A stretch of 64,000 nt of DNA, taken from Balanoglossus misakiensis (Eukaryota > Animalia > Hemichordata). This document shows, in pieces, positions 25,544-42,205 of this stretch (its first letter is position 1; the number at the start of each line of letters is the position of its first letter). Under the pieces are notes generated by a model that did not search any database, had not been told where the DNA came from, and saw only the letters and a program-made list of their open reading frames with translations. The translations under genes and the position numbers were made by a program. The stretch is taken from assembly GCA_040954595.2 (NCBI GenBank), contig CM082577.2, positions 9,263,846 to 9,327,845 of the forward strand. Direction: 5' to 3'.

Positions 25544-27970
25544 TGCTTGTCTAATGGGCGAACTGCTTTCACTCTTGGCTTGGAGACCCGATGCTGATGT
25601 CAGATTATGAAACTTCTTCCTTTTAATATAGGTGGTGCATCACATACCGGTATATAGGGCCATCATCGCGCCCAGTTGACGTCACAGTGTCCACAGATAC
25701 ATAGGATATTATTACACTACGTGTCCACTATCAGATGTTTTAATGGCAGTGTTTCATTGCCCATCATACCCTCTGTTGCCCATTTCAGAGGATTTTTTGT
25801 ATCGCTCAGACACGACAGTGTTGAGAGGCATTTGGCAGACTTTTCTGAATGATGTATCCTAGCCCCGGCGGTGGCCGGGATCCTAGCGACACTGCGTGTA
25901 TGAACATTTGTCACGTGGTCTGCCCTCGACGGAACATCTAATGGACACTGTACCTCTGCGTGATTTAAAACCTAAAGATAAAGAACAACTGCGAAAATTG
26001 CACTGTTCAGGTGTTATATGTGCTTACGATATAATCAGTCTTGCTACGTTCAATGACTGAGGACATACTAGTTATAATTTTTAAAGAGAAATCCGGGTGT
26101 CAATGATGACGAGTTCTTCTGCCGATACTACTTTCGTGCTTCGGTCTTTCACGTGAAGAGCTCGAAATTTGATGAAAAGTAAACAAATAAGCAGACTCAC
26201 ATAACACCATCTGTTCTTGGCGGTTGCATTTCTAAGTTTGTGGATAAATCCTATGCAAACGGCTATAAGCTGTGTTATAGTTTCAGAAGGCGGTTGCTTA
26301 CGTATTGATGACTCCATACGATTTCAATGTGTGCATGTGTGCGTGTTAGGATCTGATAGCTGCCGCCACAGGTGACCTACACGTTTCACGATTGGACTGG
26401 TCATATCATGTTAGACCTGAACTCATCAACTGTTCCGTGAATAGGTCAGTTGCTCGGCTCGGTGTCTTCCGTTACGAACATGTTCATAGTCATTTCAGCT
26501 TCTGTGGTTCAATCAAATTCTTATGCAATGTTGTACGCGACGTCCTTGCGGCGCGCGCCCCATCTTGTGTTTACAGAAAATGTGAAAGTATATTACACCA
26601 ATTAAACACAGAGTGGGGATGTCACCTGGTAATACGAGGTAATATGACGCGCCGCTCATTTTAATTGACACGAGGGGGCGTTATGTTTTGCTACGTGACA
26701 AAGTGTCCCAAAAACTACCCCTCTCAAAAATCCGGAGGCACGCAAGCTGCTTTATCCGGACACTAGTATGAACCCGACTGGAAAACGCTTCCCCGATGGT
26801 TTTAAACTGACCTATATATACATGTATACGAGGAAGACTAAAGTATTTACTGTCCCTTTTTGAGGCTGATACTTAAGTTTGAAGAGAGAAGAAAATATTG
26901 TGATCAGAGATGCGATTAATATATTTCGCAACAACGTCCATAAACCATAAATGACAAGAAAATAAACGAGAATGCTGTCTGGGAAACGCAGGATGTCGAA
27001 AGTAGGTAAAGGGAGCAAGGCGGAATGAATGACATTACTCATAAATGGAAGGTTTAATTCTCGGAGGGGAACTATTTTATTATCGAGCAGCGTTCAAGTT
27101 AATGAACCCTTTATTTTAACTAAAGCTCTCTGGGAAATACTTATAAGTTGTCACTGGCGTGAATGAAATGCAGTAAAACGTGTCTACCATAAGGGAATAA
27201 GATTTTGTTCAGTTTAAGGTGTCTGTTAAGAGAGTGTCTGTCAACGTTGTCGCCTACACGACAAGGGATTGCAGGTGTAGACGTGTTTCTGGTAAAGACA
27301 AATTTAGATTCAGAGAGACGTTTCGCCGTAGCCAGCTTTACAAAATAACAAGCCCTGATAGTAATGCAACCAAAATCACTTTATTTCGCATGTCCCATGT
27401 GGGTGTGAATAAAATGTCCCAGTGTAAACACCACCGCTCACCAGAAGCATATATAAACACGGAAACACCGCCTTGTAAACCAGTCATCACCCGAACAGAA
27501 TTATTTCGAATTCTACGGCAGAGATGTACGTTTAGTTGCCATCACAGCAGATACGCCATGGTGGAACTCGCGTTCTTTTGACGCGGAGTGATACCAAAAT
27601 GTATGTAGTCCTTTCTATGTCTATGCCTTTTGTTTGACGTTGACGTCGCTTCCTCTCTGAGTCAAGAATGCAGGTAGGAATACACGTACTTTCAATTTTT
27701 TAGCAGGTCAACAAATTAGAAAAGGCCTTATATCCCGCCAATTTTGATTGAGTAAAAGAAAAGAATCGCCCAGTAATTCTAAGCAGTTCTGTCGTTTTCC
27801 ACAGTGCCCATCATGCATTGCTCCTTCCTGTGAGACATGGCGGCCTCTATTCTCCGATGACAGGAAATGCTATTTTTATTAAAGTAGTGCTCTGACTACG
27901 GTAGCTTTGTAGGGAACTGTATAGTACGTCGTAAATATGTTGTCTATTGCCGTCTTACTGGATATCTGCT

Positions 27971-30900
27971 TCAAGTAGTGGTGTGTGTTGGACAACTGCA
28001 AAAGACAGGAAAAATGTAAATGACATCATTCACAGCAATATGAGAGCCCGTTAACGGCATTTTGTAAAGCAGGAAATCAAAAAATTATCTCGAGATACTA
28101 AGTAGTGATAACGAGATACTAAATCACAACACAACACAACACAACACAACACAACACAACACAACACAACACAACACAACACAACACAACACAACACAAC
28201 ACAACACAACACAACACAACACAACACAACACAACACAACACAACACAACACAACACAACACAACACAACACAACACAACCACAACTACCTACCTTCCCG
28301 GCACAGTGTAGTATTCTGCCAGTTCGGTAAAGTCGGCAGCCACAGAACCGTCCGGCTTCACCAGCTCGTCCGACTTGTCCCCGTTGTTGTTGCCAAGGAT
28401 ACCGCACGTCTTGCCTTCGAGACCAGCGCTCGGGTTGCTGCCAACCAGTACCTTGAAAGTTGACGGGATGTACTTGACCCACCATCCGTGGCGATGCGGC
28501 CAGACAAAGTGAGTGCCGCTCTTGCCTCGTTTGTACAACAACTGAAGATCGCTGTTCATGTCTTTTTCCCCCAAATTTACTCCATTCATCTGCATATTTA
28601 GAAACAAAAATATTTTAAGGTGATGGTTGGAATTGTAAAACAAAATAATATAGATTGCTGTAATTGTTGTTGTTGTTGTTGTTGTTGGATTTGAAACACC
28701 TTACATCGATTTCTTGTCTTAGTGCCATATTAGTCCATTGACATTCTCATGATGAGCGAATTCGAAACATGAGTCATTTTTACGCGGGAAAGTCTTTAAC
28801 AATATTATTATTGTCATCAACTGAAACACACGTACGTAGACCTACATCTCAAGCAATCATCGTTCACGTACAGATTTTTTGAAAACATTCCAGTATCGAT
28901 TTTTTCTATATTGTCGAGGAAAGATACAAGTCTGTGAAGGTTTGGCAATACTCTCTTGGATTAACACATAAAATAAATTTCTTTGTTTCTAATATAAAGT
29001 AATTCAGAGCTAACCGCTCATCTTTTGCACGGTTACATTGAGAATTCTCTTTTATACGCGACAGAACACCAGCAGGAGAAAACTCAATGACAATGTTTAC
29101 ACTGCTTTACGGAATATGGTCTTACCACAACAGTGTTGTCGTGTTTGATGGTCAGCGTTTCCTTTTCGCCATTGTCGTCGGTGTGGATTATCACCTGGAC
29201 AACACGGCGCGCACCAGCAATCGCCGGCGTGCCGTGTTTCGAGACGATCTGGAAAGTTTTCGTCAGGTTCACGCAGTCCTCGGCGAGTATGTAGGAGCAG
29301 TCGCCGCCGATATCAAACGAGACGCCGTCTTGTGTTAGGTAGTGGGGGTCCCCATGACCATCACCACTTTCACATGGGCAGTCTGTAAAAGTTTATGATG
29401 TAAAAGTCCATTTATTAGAAGGGCGACGATCGTCTTATGCGCATGTGCCAAACCAGAGACTTTGGTGACAAAAAATTGTATACAGTCAATGCCATATGGC
29501 AGTGTGCTGTCCTAACAACAGACAAGATGATGATGGCGACCATCGTCTGTGTCAGAGATTGGGAAAAGACAGCAAATTGTGTGAAAAGAGGGGACAAAAC
29601 TTAAATCTACTTGTACGGTGCACATGAAATATGGAAGGGGCGATTTGCAGAACATTTGGATCGAACGTAATGTTTGTACACACGAAATTACGCACATGCG
29701 CATGAGACGATCAGGACAACAAAAGAGGTACATACGATACGATCAACCAATCGAAAAAGAAAGCAAAACAAAACCAGAGTGAAAAACGTGCGTTGATATA
29801 TTTTGAATATTCCGACTGTAGATGGCGTTGTTCGGAAATTATTTTCACGTTGGATCGTGAAAGCCGAAAGTACATGTATAGGTACGGTCTTGGAGTAGAA
29901 ACAAACACGAAATGTAGACATTCCCCCCCCCCCCCCCCCCCCAAAGTTTCATATACCTGTGTCAACGTGGGATACGGTGTTTTCTGTGAGTTGTCCGTCG
30001 AGGCTGTGTGCTATAGCAATGATAGAATAGTTGGTGCACGGTGTCAGGTTCTCGAACAGAATGTCAAACATCACCGGGCCGAGATCAGTTCTGGCGGGAA
30101 TGACCATCTGCGGCGGATCGGTGATGTCTTCGACGCGCGGCGCCTCGCTGGTCAAGTACAGCCACACGTCCATGTAGCCGCCGTTGAAGTTGTTGGTGAG
30201 GTCAGTTATGTCCACGCTGGCGTCGTTGCACGTCGTTCGTATTTCGACGCCCAGGTCAACCGCTGAAAATGCATGCAGAGAACAAGTAGCATTAAAGCCC
30301 CATGGTCTGCTTCAATTTGGGTAGGAAACCATTTTTCACCGAGTCTCTCGTACCCCGACTTGCCACAAAACACATGTTGTGGAACTTGTTGCCATCTTTA
30401 ATTCTGGCCGGCGAGCAAACATTTCCACGAAAACTAACCACGTTTATCTTTTCTTTCAAGGTAAAACAACCGAAATCAAGCATGTCATTAAAGTTAGGAA
30501 AGAAATAATGCTGAAAATACATATTTGAAGGTGAAGATACCTCGGCTTGCCAATGATTGGACAGGAGGAATCGAACGACAACCCCGCAGCTTTTTCCCGC
30601 CATTCGCACGTTGTTCATTACTATCATGAATAATAGCCCCGTTCAGGGCACATTCCAAAACTCCGCCCATTCAATTGATTCTCCATCAAGTCGAGTGAAT
30701 TTGCCAGTAGATGTACACTACTATTATAAAGATTGATTAACATTTGGCACTCTTTCTTTCATTATATCTTTCAGTAATTTGTCTTGTCAAGTAAAGTAAC
30801 CTCCTGTGTGTAACTTACTTTGACCTGGTGGGGGTGGCGGCAGGAATATACCAGGCAGAAATCTCTTCTTGACAGCAGTTTCCTTTGGCTGTGAAAGAAA

Positions 30901-31218
30901 AAAAGCGAGCCAGATCGCTTTCGGGTGAATATTTTACTTTTATGGACGGCCTGCACCAAGTCTTTTACTTTTCAAATTATATATATATATTAAAATCTTG
31001 ATGAAAAATAACACAAACACGGTGAACGACGCACGGTCGGGTGCATGAGTTTAAACGAAGGCGGCATGAATCCCGGCCAAGCAACTGAGAAATGAATACC
31101 GGGCGAAGAAAGATGAAATTACCTGGAGTTGCCCCCGGCTCTTGTAGTACACCTTTGCTGACAGCGCAGTCACCAGCAGCAGAGCGAACGACACCCAGGT
31201 AAAGAGTACTTTGGCCAT
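27971..31218 (-). CDS. Secreted single-VWD-domain protein C (~349 aa), with FN3-like module
   Basis: Exons 31218-31123 (MAKVLFTWVSFALLLVTALSA), 30888-30819 (KKRF...PPPPPGQ), 30262-29957 (FENLTPCTNYSI), 29382-29126 (CPCESGDGHGDPHYLTQDG), 28589-28294 (GKTCGILGNNNGD), 27995-27971. Confidence 0.85.
28125..28286. repeat. (CACAA)n pentanucleotide microsatellite
   Basis: Directly visible; intronic. Confidence 0.97.
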
Positions 31219-32062
31219 CTTTTGGTTCAACGGAATAATAACCACTCAGAACTGCGCCGATCAGTAACCAAGTCTCCCAGTCAGTCGCCAAGGAGAGAAT
31301 GGGCCCCAGATATCTATACTCTGCCATATCAAGCGAAAATTTTGCAGAAATCATGCCCATGTCACAATAACCATAGACACGCCCTGAATACATAGACCCA
31401 CCTAAAAATATGGTCATGTTTATCCTGGACGCACAGATGGGTCATTGCATGTGGCCATATTATTCTTGGATATTCATACGATGATACAGAATTGACAAAA
31501 ATGAAAGAGTGGACATCGTCCCCTCTGCGACTGCAGGTATGGGTCCAATACGACAGAGTTGATGGCAAGTCAAGATAGGGGCAAAGCTTGTGTGTCTGCT
31601 ACAGTGTAGGCCTACATCATAAATAAAAGCCAACATATCGACGTGAACTTGTATGCAGAATACCTTATTTAAAACTTCTTACACAATACAATGGGTTAAT
31701 AATCTCGTGGGATTTCTAAAAGTATTTTTAACCCATTATTTAATCATACGTGTTATTTTATCGCAACAAATCTAACAACTTTTTTTTGATTTCGTGGCAG
31801 TGAGGAGGAAAGCAAACTAGAACAGATGAAAAGTAGGAAATATCCTGTTTTCTTTGTGACGTCAATACCCGCCGATCTGGTGCTCTCATCCTTGAAAAGT
31901 TATCAGGCTAAATGTTGTTTTTTGGCGGATAACATGCCAAGCGGAAGAAAAATATCAGCTGTAAGGGGAGATTGTAGCATCTGCGTGACTGGAGTATTTA
32001 GTTTTCATTGATGTGTAAACGATATATCATGATTGGCACGTCAATCACATCGTATACACTTT

Positions 32063-32262
32063 GTATGTATGTATGTATGTATGTATGTATGTATGTATGT
32101 ATGTATGTATGTATGTATGTATGTATGTATGTATGTATGTATGTATGTATGTATGTAGTGTATGTAGTGTATGTAGTGTATGTAGTGTATGTATGTATGT
32201 ATGTATGTATGTATGTATGTATGTATGTATGGATTGATGGATGTATGTATGGATTGATGGAT
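32063..32262. repeat. (GTAT)n compound microsatellite
   Basis: Directly visible, with GTAGTGTAT and GGATTGAT variants. Confidence 0.95.
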
Positions 32263-33357
32263 GTGTGTGTGTGTGGGGGGGGGGGGGGGGGGTGGGTGGG
32301 TAGGTAGGTAGATGTAGTTTTTAAATGAGCAAAGATTTTACTTATATTAAAAAGTTCTTGACATTTCACACATCTACTAACAGTCTCCCGTTAAATACTA
32401 CAGTATTCCTCCTGTCCCTTTAGAAGTTCTCAAATTTAATATTCAGGCTTGCTTTTTAGATCAGATATTCCCGTAAAGAATATTCTCACAATACCTGGTC
32501 TTATAAGTATATTGGAAGGCATCGATCTTCGGTAAGGTTCATTTTGGTGAGCTCAGAAATATTTTCAGATCAGTCGAGAAGTTACGTGTCGATTATGGAA
32601 GACAGTTTATGGAGTTTGTGTGAGTGCATCCAACATTTGTCCAGAGAACGTCCCAGCAGTCCCCCCTGCAACCGAGTCCGGTTTACCTGCATACGTACCT
32701 CGTGTTCATATTATTTGTTTAGGACAGCGTGAGACCCTCCATACGCACGTACGACCGTCTAAGTAAACAGTGACAGGAAATAGAGAGCAATCAGATGTCA
32801 GTCATCATCAGCGCCACTTCCCGTCATGCAACCGGGGGGGGGGGGGCAACAGTGCTGCGTCAGCAAATTCTGTCAATCACACAGCTGTTCATAAAATGCG
32901 CTGAAATCCCTCCTGTCAGTGAGTCCGCTACACCAACCAACGTTCGAAATCGCAGACCTATAAATGCATAGACGTCACTTTTGTGATGTTAGACGTGCTC
33001 TATGGGCTTCATTATTTCATGACAAATACATTTCAGAAAGCTCGCTCACAGCTAGCAAATACACGAAAAGTATTGACAATCTTTATAAAGACGAAAAAAA
33101 TCACCAAGCGACTAGTGTAGTGTGGTGTCTCAAAAACCAAATCTGCTACAAGTAAATGCTGATAGAACCCCGAGGAAAAATGATGTCACAGTGTGTATTG
33201 TAAAAGATAGGATAGTGTCTTTAATGGGAATTTCAAAACGAAATTCTGATGATGGTAAATATTGACATTTTCAGTGTACATTGTCAGTTTATTTTCAAAT
33301 GTCATGCTATATTTTTTTCGTCATGTTACAATCAAGACTGTGGATTATGCGCACGTT

Positions 33358-35731
33358 TTAAGTTCCCTTCGTTGGGTCTTTATCGAATCGACGCCCATAT
33401 ATGGCAGCTACCAGGAGGGGGTCAGAGAGACCTCGTTCGGACCAAACAGCGTCGAAAGGCGCGACGGTTTTCCACTCCGTCGTCGGTGCAAGTTCGATCC
33501 CAGAGGTAAGAACCTCCGGGAACAGCGCCACCTCGCCGTTCAGTGAAAAATTCCCCGTGAGGTGGAAACTTGTGAATATGGTACTTGCTTGGCTCACCGC
33601 CGCGCCGCAGCGCCCTTTTGACGCGGACTCGCATTTGACCAAGGCGCACACCTGCAGGTAGTATTGGCCGTCGGTGACGTGAAGACCGTCAAACGCACCC
33701 AGTGCGTAGAGATATTGTGAATCTCTCTCTGGTTCTACTTGCTTTCTTTCATAGGAAAGGTAACAGCACAATTTATTATTGCACACTCCCAATTTTCCCG
33801 CGTTTTCTGTTAATGGCGCGAATGTGTATGCGTCGTCGTTCATTGTGGCAACGAAGGTACCGTTTCCTTCTCGGGTTTTCCGTCCATGCGCATTTACGGA
33901 TGTCACTTTATTCCCTTCCATCATTTTTCCGACATGAGTTGGTCTTGATTGATTATTTTCATCACGGCTTTCGCTATTGGAAGAGAGTCGCAATTTCTGC
34001 CAAGCTGACGTGCTCAGACCCAATCGATTGGAGGTCACCCGCTGTTCACTTGTGAAGTTCCTCGTTGGCCAACTCGTCGCGTGGTGGCGGTTTTCCACTA
34101 CAGGCAGTCGGCCAATCACAAGTCTTCCTCGGTAACTCAGCATATCGTAATGGTAGGCTACGGCGCCCGACGCCCCGGCGTACAGACCGCTCCCTGTCAT
34201 CTTGGCCAGGGGAAAGTGCTGATTCGAGGCCAGCAAATTAACACCCCGACTCATGGCGAACGCTTGCTGGAATTCGACGGCAGTAAGCAGCGGGAGAACG
34301 TTCATCCAGGACGTGGGGAACGCAATGTTTCTGACGCCGATTTTCGAGATCAAGTCAGAAGCTGGTTGCGCGAAGAGGATGTCGAAACACGTGATCATTC
34401 CAAAGAGTCCGAACTCGGTTTCGAACACCCCTAAATTGCGTGGTCCAACCGAACCGAACTGGAAAGTGTTCCTCTCCCCAGAAAACAAGTTGACTTTAAA
34501 GTACCGCGCGACGAAACGGCCATCAGAAAGAAAGGCCACGTTTGTGTTGTACTGGTACCGGTTGTCGTCGGGGCAGTTCGGGTCTTCGGATTTTGAGCAT
34601 GGGTAAACCGTCGCCATGTTGGCAACCAGGACGATAGAATGGGCCTTCGCAATGCAACTGAGCCTTCCCAAAACCGTGCGTCTGAATCGGGCTTTGTCTT
34701 CGCATGGGTTAATGGGGGTATCGAAATCAGATGGGTGTGGCACGGGCTCCGAAAAGGGAAGTAATCGATCACGACCGAGACCGAGTCCTGTTATTCCGTA
34801 CTCTGGAAAAACGATGATTTTGGCGCCCTTACGAAAAGAAAATGCAAATATTAATTTTAGTACAATAGCAAACACACATGAAATCCACTATTTTGATTCG
34901 GATCACTCTAAAGGAATGTTGTAATTCCGAACTGTAGACAAAATGATGATTTCAGAGCACTGCACTAACAAAAAGAAAACACGGATAGTATGTAATCATA
35001 TTCCAAGAGCAAACGCCGATGAATGCTACCATGATTCGTAAATTGAAAGTCGAAAATGTATTAAAGCAGAAAATCAACATAGACCGTAGTATGACTAGGC
35101 TTCGAAAGGGATGTCTATGGTTTTGGTTCATACAACAGCCAACAGAATACACGCCCAGAATTTCCTCAAACGCTTTACTACTTAGACTGTCTCTGACTTT
35201 AGCTTGTACACGAGAAAATATTACAATTTGATCTAATAATATAAACCATGGACGCACGCCTTGAAACTGTGTGATCAACCAGAATGACATTGTTGAAAGT
35301 GAAATTTTCCAGCGTGGCACTCCACTCCATGATATCAACTGTGAAATATTGACGTAATATAAGACGTGCGCGCGTGAGAGCAGATACGGTGCAGCGTGCA
35401 GGACAACGCCCCTTCACGTGAAACCCCGACTCACCTGTTGGGCCGCTTTGCGCGCCTGCGTCAAGAACACATCCATATTCGTGTCCATCACCACCATGGC
35501 GACTTCTCTGGTCACTGTTTTGGCGGGCAGCACGTAGCTGAAAGAAAAGTGCTCGTACACGGCCGCCAGATACGTTGCATTCTTAATCTTTCCGGCGACT
35601 TCACCGGTTCTCGAGTTCACAGGTGGTTTCGGCGCGGCCATTCTGGACGCACATCCATCGGAGCGCTGGAACAGCAATGCTTGGGAGCAAAGAAGCAGTG
35701 TCAGTGGCCACAGTCGCGCGATGCTTCCCAT
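33358..35731 (-). CDS. Vanin/biotinidase (pantetheinase)-family amidohydrolase 1 (~588 aa)
   Basis: Exons 35731-35435 (signal peptide, YLAAVYEH) and 34827-33358; nitrilase triad motifs IIVFPEYG, RYFKVNLF, ITCFDILF; FPTSWMN; C-terminal base domain ending AAIYGRRFDKD. An alternative upstream ATG lies at 35779. Confidence 0.92.
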
Positions 35732-36935
35732 GTTCACCAAAGATATCCCACACACCCACAAAAACCCCAAAGTGTCCACTTATAATACCAGAACACTGAC
35801 TGTATGTAGGGCTTACTGTGGCTTCCAAGTCTCCAACGGTCGCGGGTGACAATAGAGTGGGCGATGATCGCCGACTTTGGACAGGAGCTTTGATGTGCCC
35901 AACGAAAGACAGTGACCGTGATCGTTCCCCAAGGGTCCAAAGGTTTTAATGACGTTTGTTGGTCGATTTGATTTACAGATTGTCCATGGCAGCACCGGGG
36001 GATTTTTAGTTACCCACATTAGATTGTAGCGATAGAGCCACAGAATTCCATCGAGTTGATTTCGATGATAAAGACGACGAGACAAAACCAGTGCTTTTAC
36101 AATCAGACGATGGGAAATATATCCGTGCTTTTTGGAATATATCTAGGGACCTAACAGTCTCGTTGCCCAAATTTGTTTTCGTATCCGCCAGCTGCTTTTA
36201 AGAGGCAGCGCAACCGCCTCCCCTCTTTTAGGAACCCCATATAAACCACGATCGCGTGCCATCCGGTCGACGGAGTTTGTTCACAGGGTAGTACGGCACG
36301 GAATGCAAACAAGAAAATTAAACGGCGGAATTCACTCCACAAACAAATTAGTACGCTGTCGGCCAGGGTTTCCCGCCTAATCTGTGAAACCAAAATGTAG
36401 AAATAAACTTTATAACTGTCGTGCACGTTTCTTTTATTTGTTTGTGCAGACCGTCACGTGATTATAACATGCGTGTATTTATGGCATTAAAATATTAGAC
36501 AAACATTGTACAAAATGTTTAATTCCTAAGGCGCTGGCGACGGAAGTGGTACAAAATCGTATGCAGCATGTGCGTTTGGACTAGATAAACTCTTACTACG
36601 AGAAACTCAACTCGGATCAAAACCAAAATCAAACATTTCAAAGAAATGTCTGCAGAAAGTGAACGCTATGGCGTAAACGCAAAATCCCGTGATGACGAAA
36701 ACGGCATTTTAGAAGTTTGCCAGATGTAGCAAAGTGCTTCATTTCTTAGCGGTTTATGAACGACCATAAACAATTATTCGAAGCCGTATAATATACAGAC
36801 AACGAAACAGCATTATGTTGCATGATTTAATAGTTGCGGGTTTTCTATATATATAAGGAGAAAAGTGTTCATACGTGTCACTTTTGGTTTGGACCGGAGC
36901 TGCCGAAGTCAATTCTTAGGCAGTCGATTAAAGTG

Positions 36936-39348
<2,413 letters not shown>

Positions 39349-40314
39349 ATATCTCATCACATCTTGGATTAGACATCTTCAACACAAAATACTACGATGA
39401 CTTTTGGTGCCATAGACTGGGATGCAATGGCCGTTACTATTAAGGCCTCAATGAGTTGTGCAACTCCGGGTTGGAAGTGGATTTTTTTCGGAACTCTATT
39501 ATTTTTGTACAATTCAAGCTCTCATACCAACATAGAAGGAAAAAGGATACATGAATCAAAGGACAAGTGCCGATGGACGGAATTAACTGATGGGGAAAAC
39601 CAACGCTGGCTCCCGATGCATTCTCAATTATTGATTTTAGTCACTTTAAGTACCAATTATGTTATTCGACTACCTCAACCAGGGGTTTGATGTGGTATTT
39701 GGTATCATGTAAATATATGCATGTGTTAAAAAACATCAGATGTCTCAACTTCATTTGTTTACTTCGTCTCGCCCTCCGGAAACAGTCTGTTTTTGGGGGT
39801 GATTCACAGTCCCTCGGGTTACAGACATATGCTGTTGCCCTCATGGCCAGTCAATATGTGTCATATAATGACTTCACCCAATGGAAACTAATCACACAAG
39901 ACACAGGAATCGTTGGAAAGAGAGAGACATTTATTCAATATAAAAAGGGACATCTCGGTGTGTCAAACATTTGATACAAAATTACTTGACAATTCATTCT
40001 GAAAAATATACTTTTAGGATAACTGATGGTTGGGTTTGGTCTTTTTCACAAATTACAACAGTTAACAGTCGAAGTCCACCGTTCACAACTGAGGTGAATT
40101 CTGTACCTTTCAGCAATCTTGGTTGTGGCTCAGAGATGCTATAACAGAAGCCAAGGGGTTGTGTCAGCTCCTGGACCAATAACTATACAATAAAGATTTT
40201 GGGATGTCACACTATTATGAATAAATTAATAAGGCACGGTCTGGGACTTTATTGTTGTGCGATTGGTTGAATTCTCCCTACTAATGGAGCTTTAAATGTA
40301 ATTAACTGTCACAT

Positions 40315-42205
40315 TTATTTGGGATCCCTCTCAAACCACCGCCCGTAAATAATCGCAGAAACCAGGGGTTCGTGAATCTGTCTGTCGCTCGATATGCGAT
40401 CGTACGGATAGACCGAGTGCCAGCGGGACACGGAGGGAAGCACCACGTTGTTCGTCAGCACCATGGGAAACAGGTAGACCCCGTGGTCGAAGTTGCCCGA
40501 GAGGTCGAAACTCTCAAAGACCGTGGACGCCGTGCTCACGGGCGAGCCGCACCGCCGAGGATCGTCGCCGGCGCACTTCAGCAGAGCGCAGACCTGCAGG
40601 TAGAACTTGGCGTAGGCCGTGTGGAAGCCGTTGAAGACGCCCAGCGCGTAGACCTCCGTGGAGTAGTTGCCCGGGTGCCGGGCGTACGACAGGTTGCAGC
40701 ACAGCCAGCCGTCGCAGACGGACACGCTGCCCTGGTCTTCTTCCAGCGAGACGAACGTGTACAGGTCGTTGTCCATGATGCCGTAGAAGGTGTCCTCCGC
40801 CGCGGGCGTCCACCGGAGCGGCGATTCGACCGCCTCCTTCGACGCCGCGGTGGTGGTGCGGTCCGCGTTGGTGCAGCAGCGGTGGTCCCCCCGGATCGCC
40901 GGCACCCAGCCGATCAGCAGCTGGCCGTTGTTCGTCGACATGTCGTGGTGGTACGTCACGGCGCCGCTGAGCCCGCTGAAGATGCCGCTGCCCGTCGCCT
41001 CGTCCTTCGGCGAGTGCACGTTCGCCCCGAGCACGTTCACCCCGTGCGCCATGCCCCACGCCTGCTGGATGGACACCGCCGGCAGGATGGGCAGGCCGTT
41101 GATCCAGCCGGTCGGGAAGACGATGTTCTTGATCCCCTCGTCGTAGATCCACCGGAGCGACGGCTCCGAGAACAGCATATCGTAGCAGACGATCATCCCG
41201 AAGGACCCGAACGAGGTGTGGAAGATCCCGTAGTTCGTCTTGTCCGTCGCCCCCGGGTTGAAAGCGTTCTTCTCGTCGCCGAACAGGTTGATCTTGTAGT
41301 ACCTCCCGATGAGCGTCCCGTCGACGTCGAACGCCACCGCCGCATTGTACTGGTAGCGGTTGTCCGGGGGACAGTGGGGATCCTCGGCCCCGTCGCAGTA
41401 CGTCACAGCTCCCATGCCGGCCACGATGACCATGCCGTACTCCCTCGCCATGCAACTGAGCCTCCTCAGCACTTTTGTGGCGTTGTATCGTATCGGATCC
41501 TCGCACGGGTTCACGTGTTTGGTGGGAGGAAAGGGTATCGTCTCCAGGTATGGAAGGATTGTGTTGCGGTCGTGTCCAAAGCCAAACAATCCGTACTCGG
41601 GGAAGACAATTATCTGAGCGCCCTGTGAGGTAATTGAAGCAAGAATAAAGTATTTAAAAAAAGCATAGAGTTAATACCGGTAAACACAGTCCCGACTCCA
41701 TATGTGTAGAGTCAGCATTGTTGAATTTATCTCCAGAATTGAATTCATCTGTCAATAACATCAATTTACAGTAAAACCTGTCTAAACTGAACAATGTCAA
41801 ATCTGGAAACCTGTCTATACTGAACACCTCTCCTCCAGTCCCTTTCACATAGAACCACATGTATACAGACCCTCCATACACTAAACAGTTTCTCCAGTCA
41901 TATTGGTGTCCAGTTTACACAGGTACATGTATCACTGCAGAGCAATCAGTACCAAAGCCCACTTCGTTCTATCGTACCTTGGAGGATGCCAACTTGGCTT
42001 GGGCTCTGTAAACGTCCAAGTTCAAGTTCATCCACTTGACGGCTTTCTCCCTGGAGGTCACATGGTGGTAGGTGTCGGGATCAGACAACGTCACATGTTC
42101 ATACACGGCGGCTACGTAACCGTTGTCCCTGAGTAGAGCGCCATCTTGAGGCCGGAGAGCAACAGTCAGAAAGATGACCAATCCACACAGCCAGTGGTAT
42201 CTCAT
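40315..42205 (-). CDS. Vanin/biotinidase (pantetheinase)-family amidohydrolase 2 (~511 aa)
   Basis: Exons 42205-41978 (signal peptide, YVAAVYEH) and 41622-40315; IIVFPEYG, RYYKINLF, IVCYDMLF triad motifs; same intron position as paralogue 1; 5'UTR acceptor near 42237. Confidence 0.92.
41769..41937. mobile_element. Tc1/pogo-type MITE remnant in the vanin-2 intron
   Basis: TA|CAGTAAAACCTGTCTAAACTG at left and degenerate CAGTTTACACAGGT...TCACTG at right. Confidence 0.5.

Noticed and set aside
40372-41628. Long overlapping ORFs (418 aa +, 330 aa -) over vanin-2
   Set aside because: Expected from extreme GC3, which depletes stops in other frames; no domain motifs.
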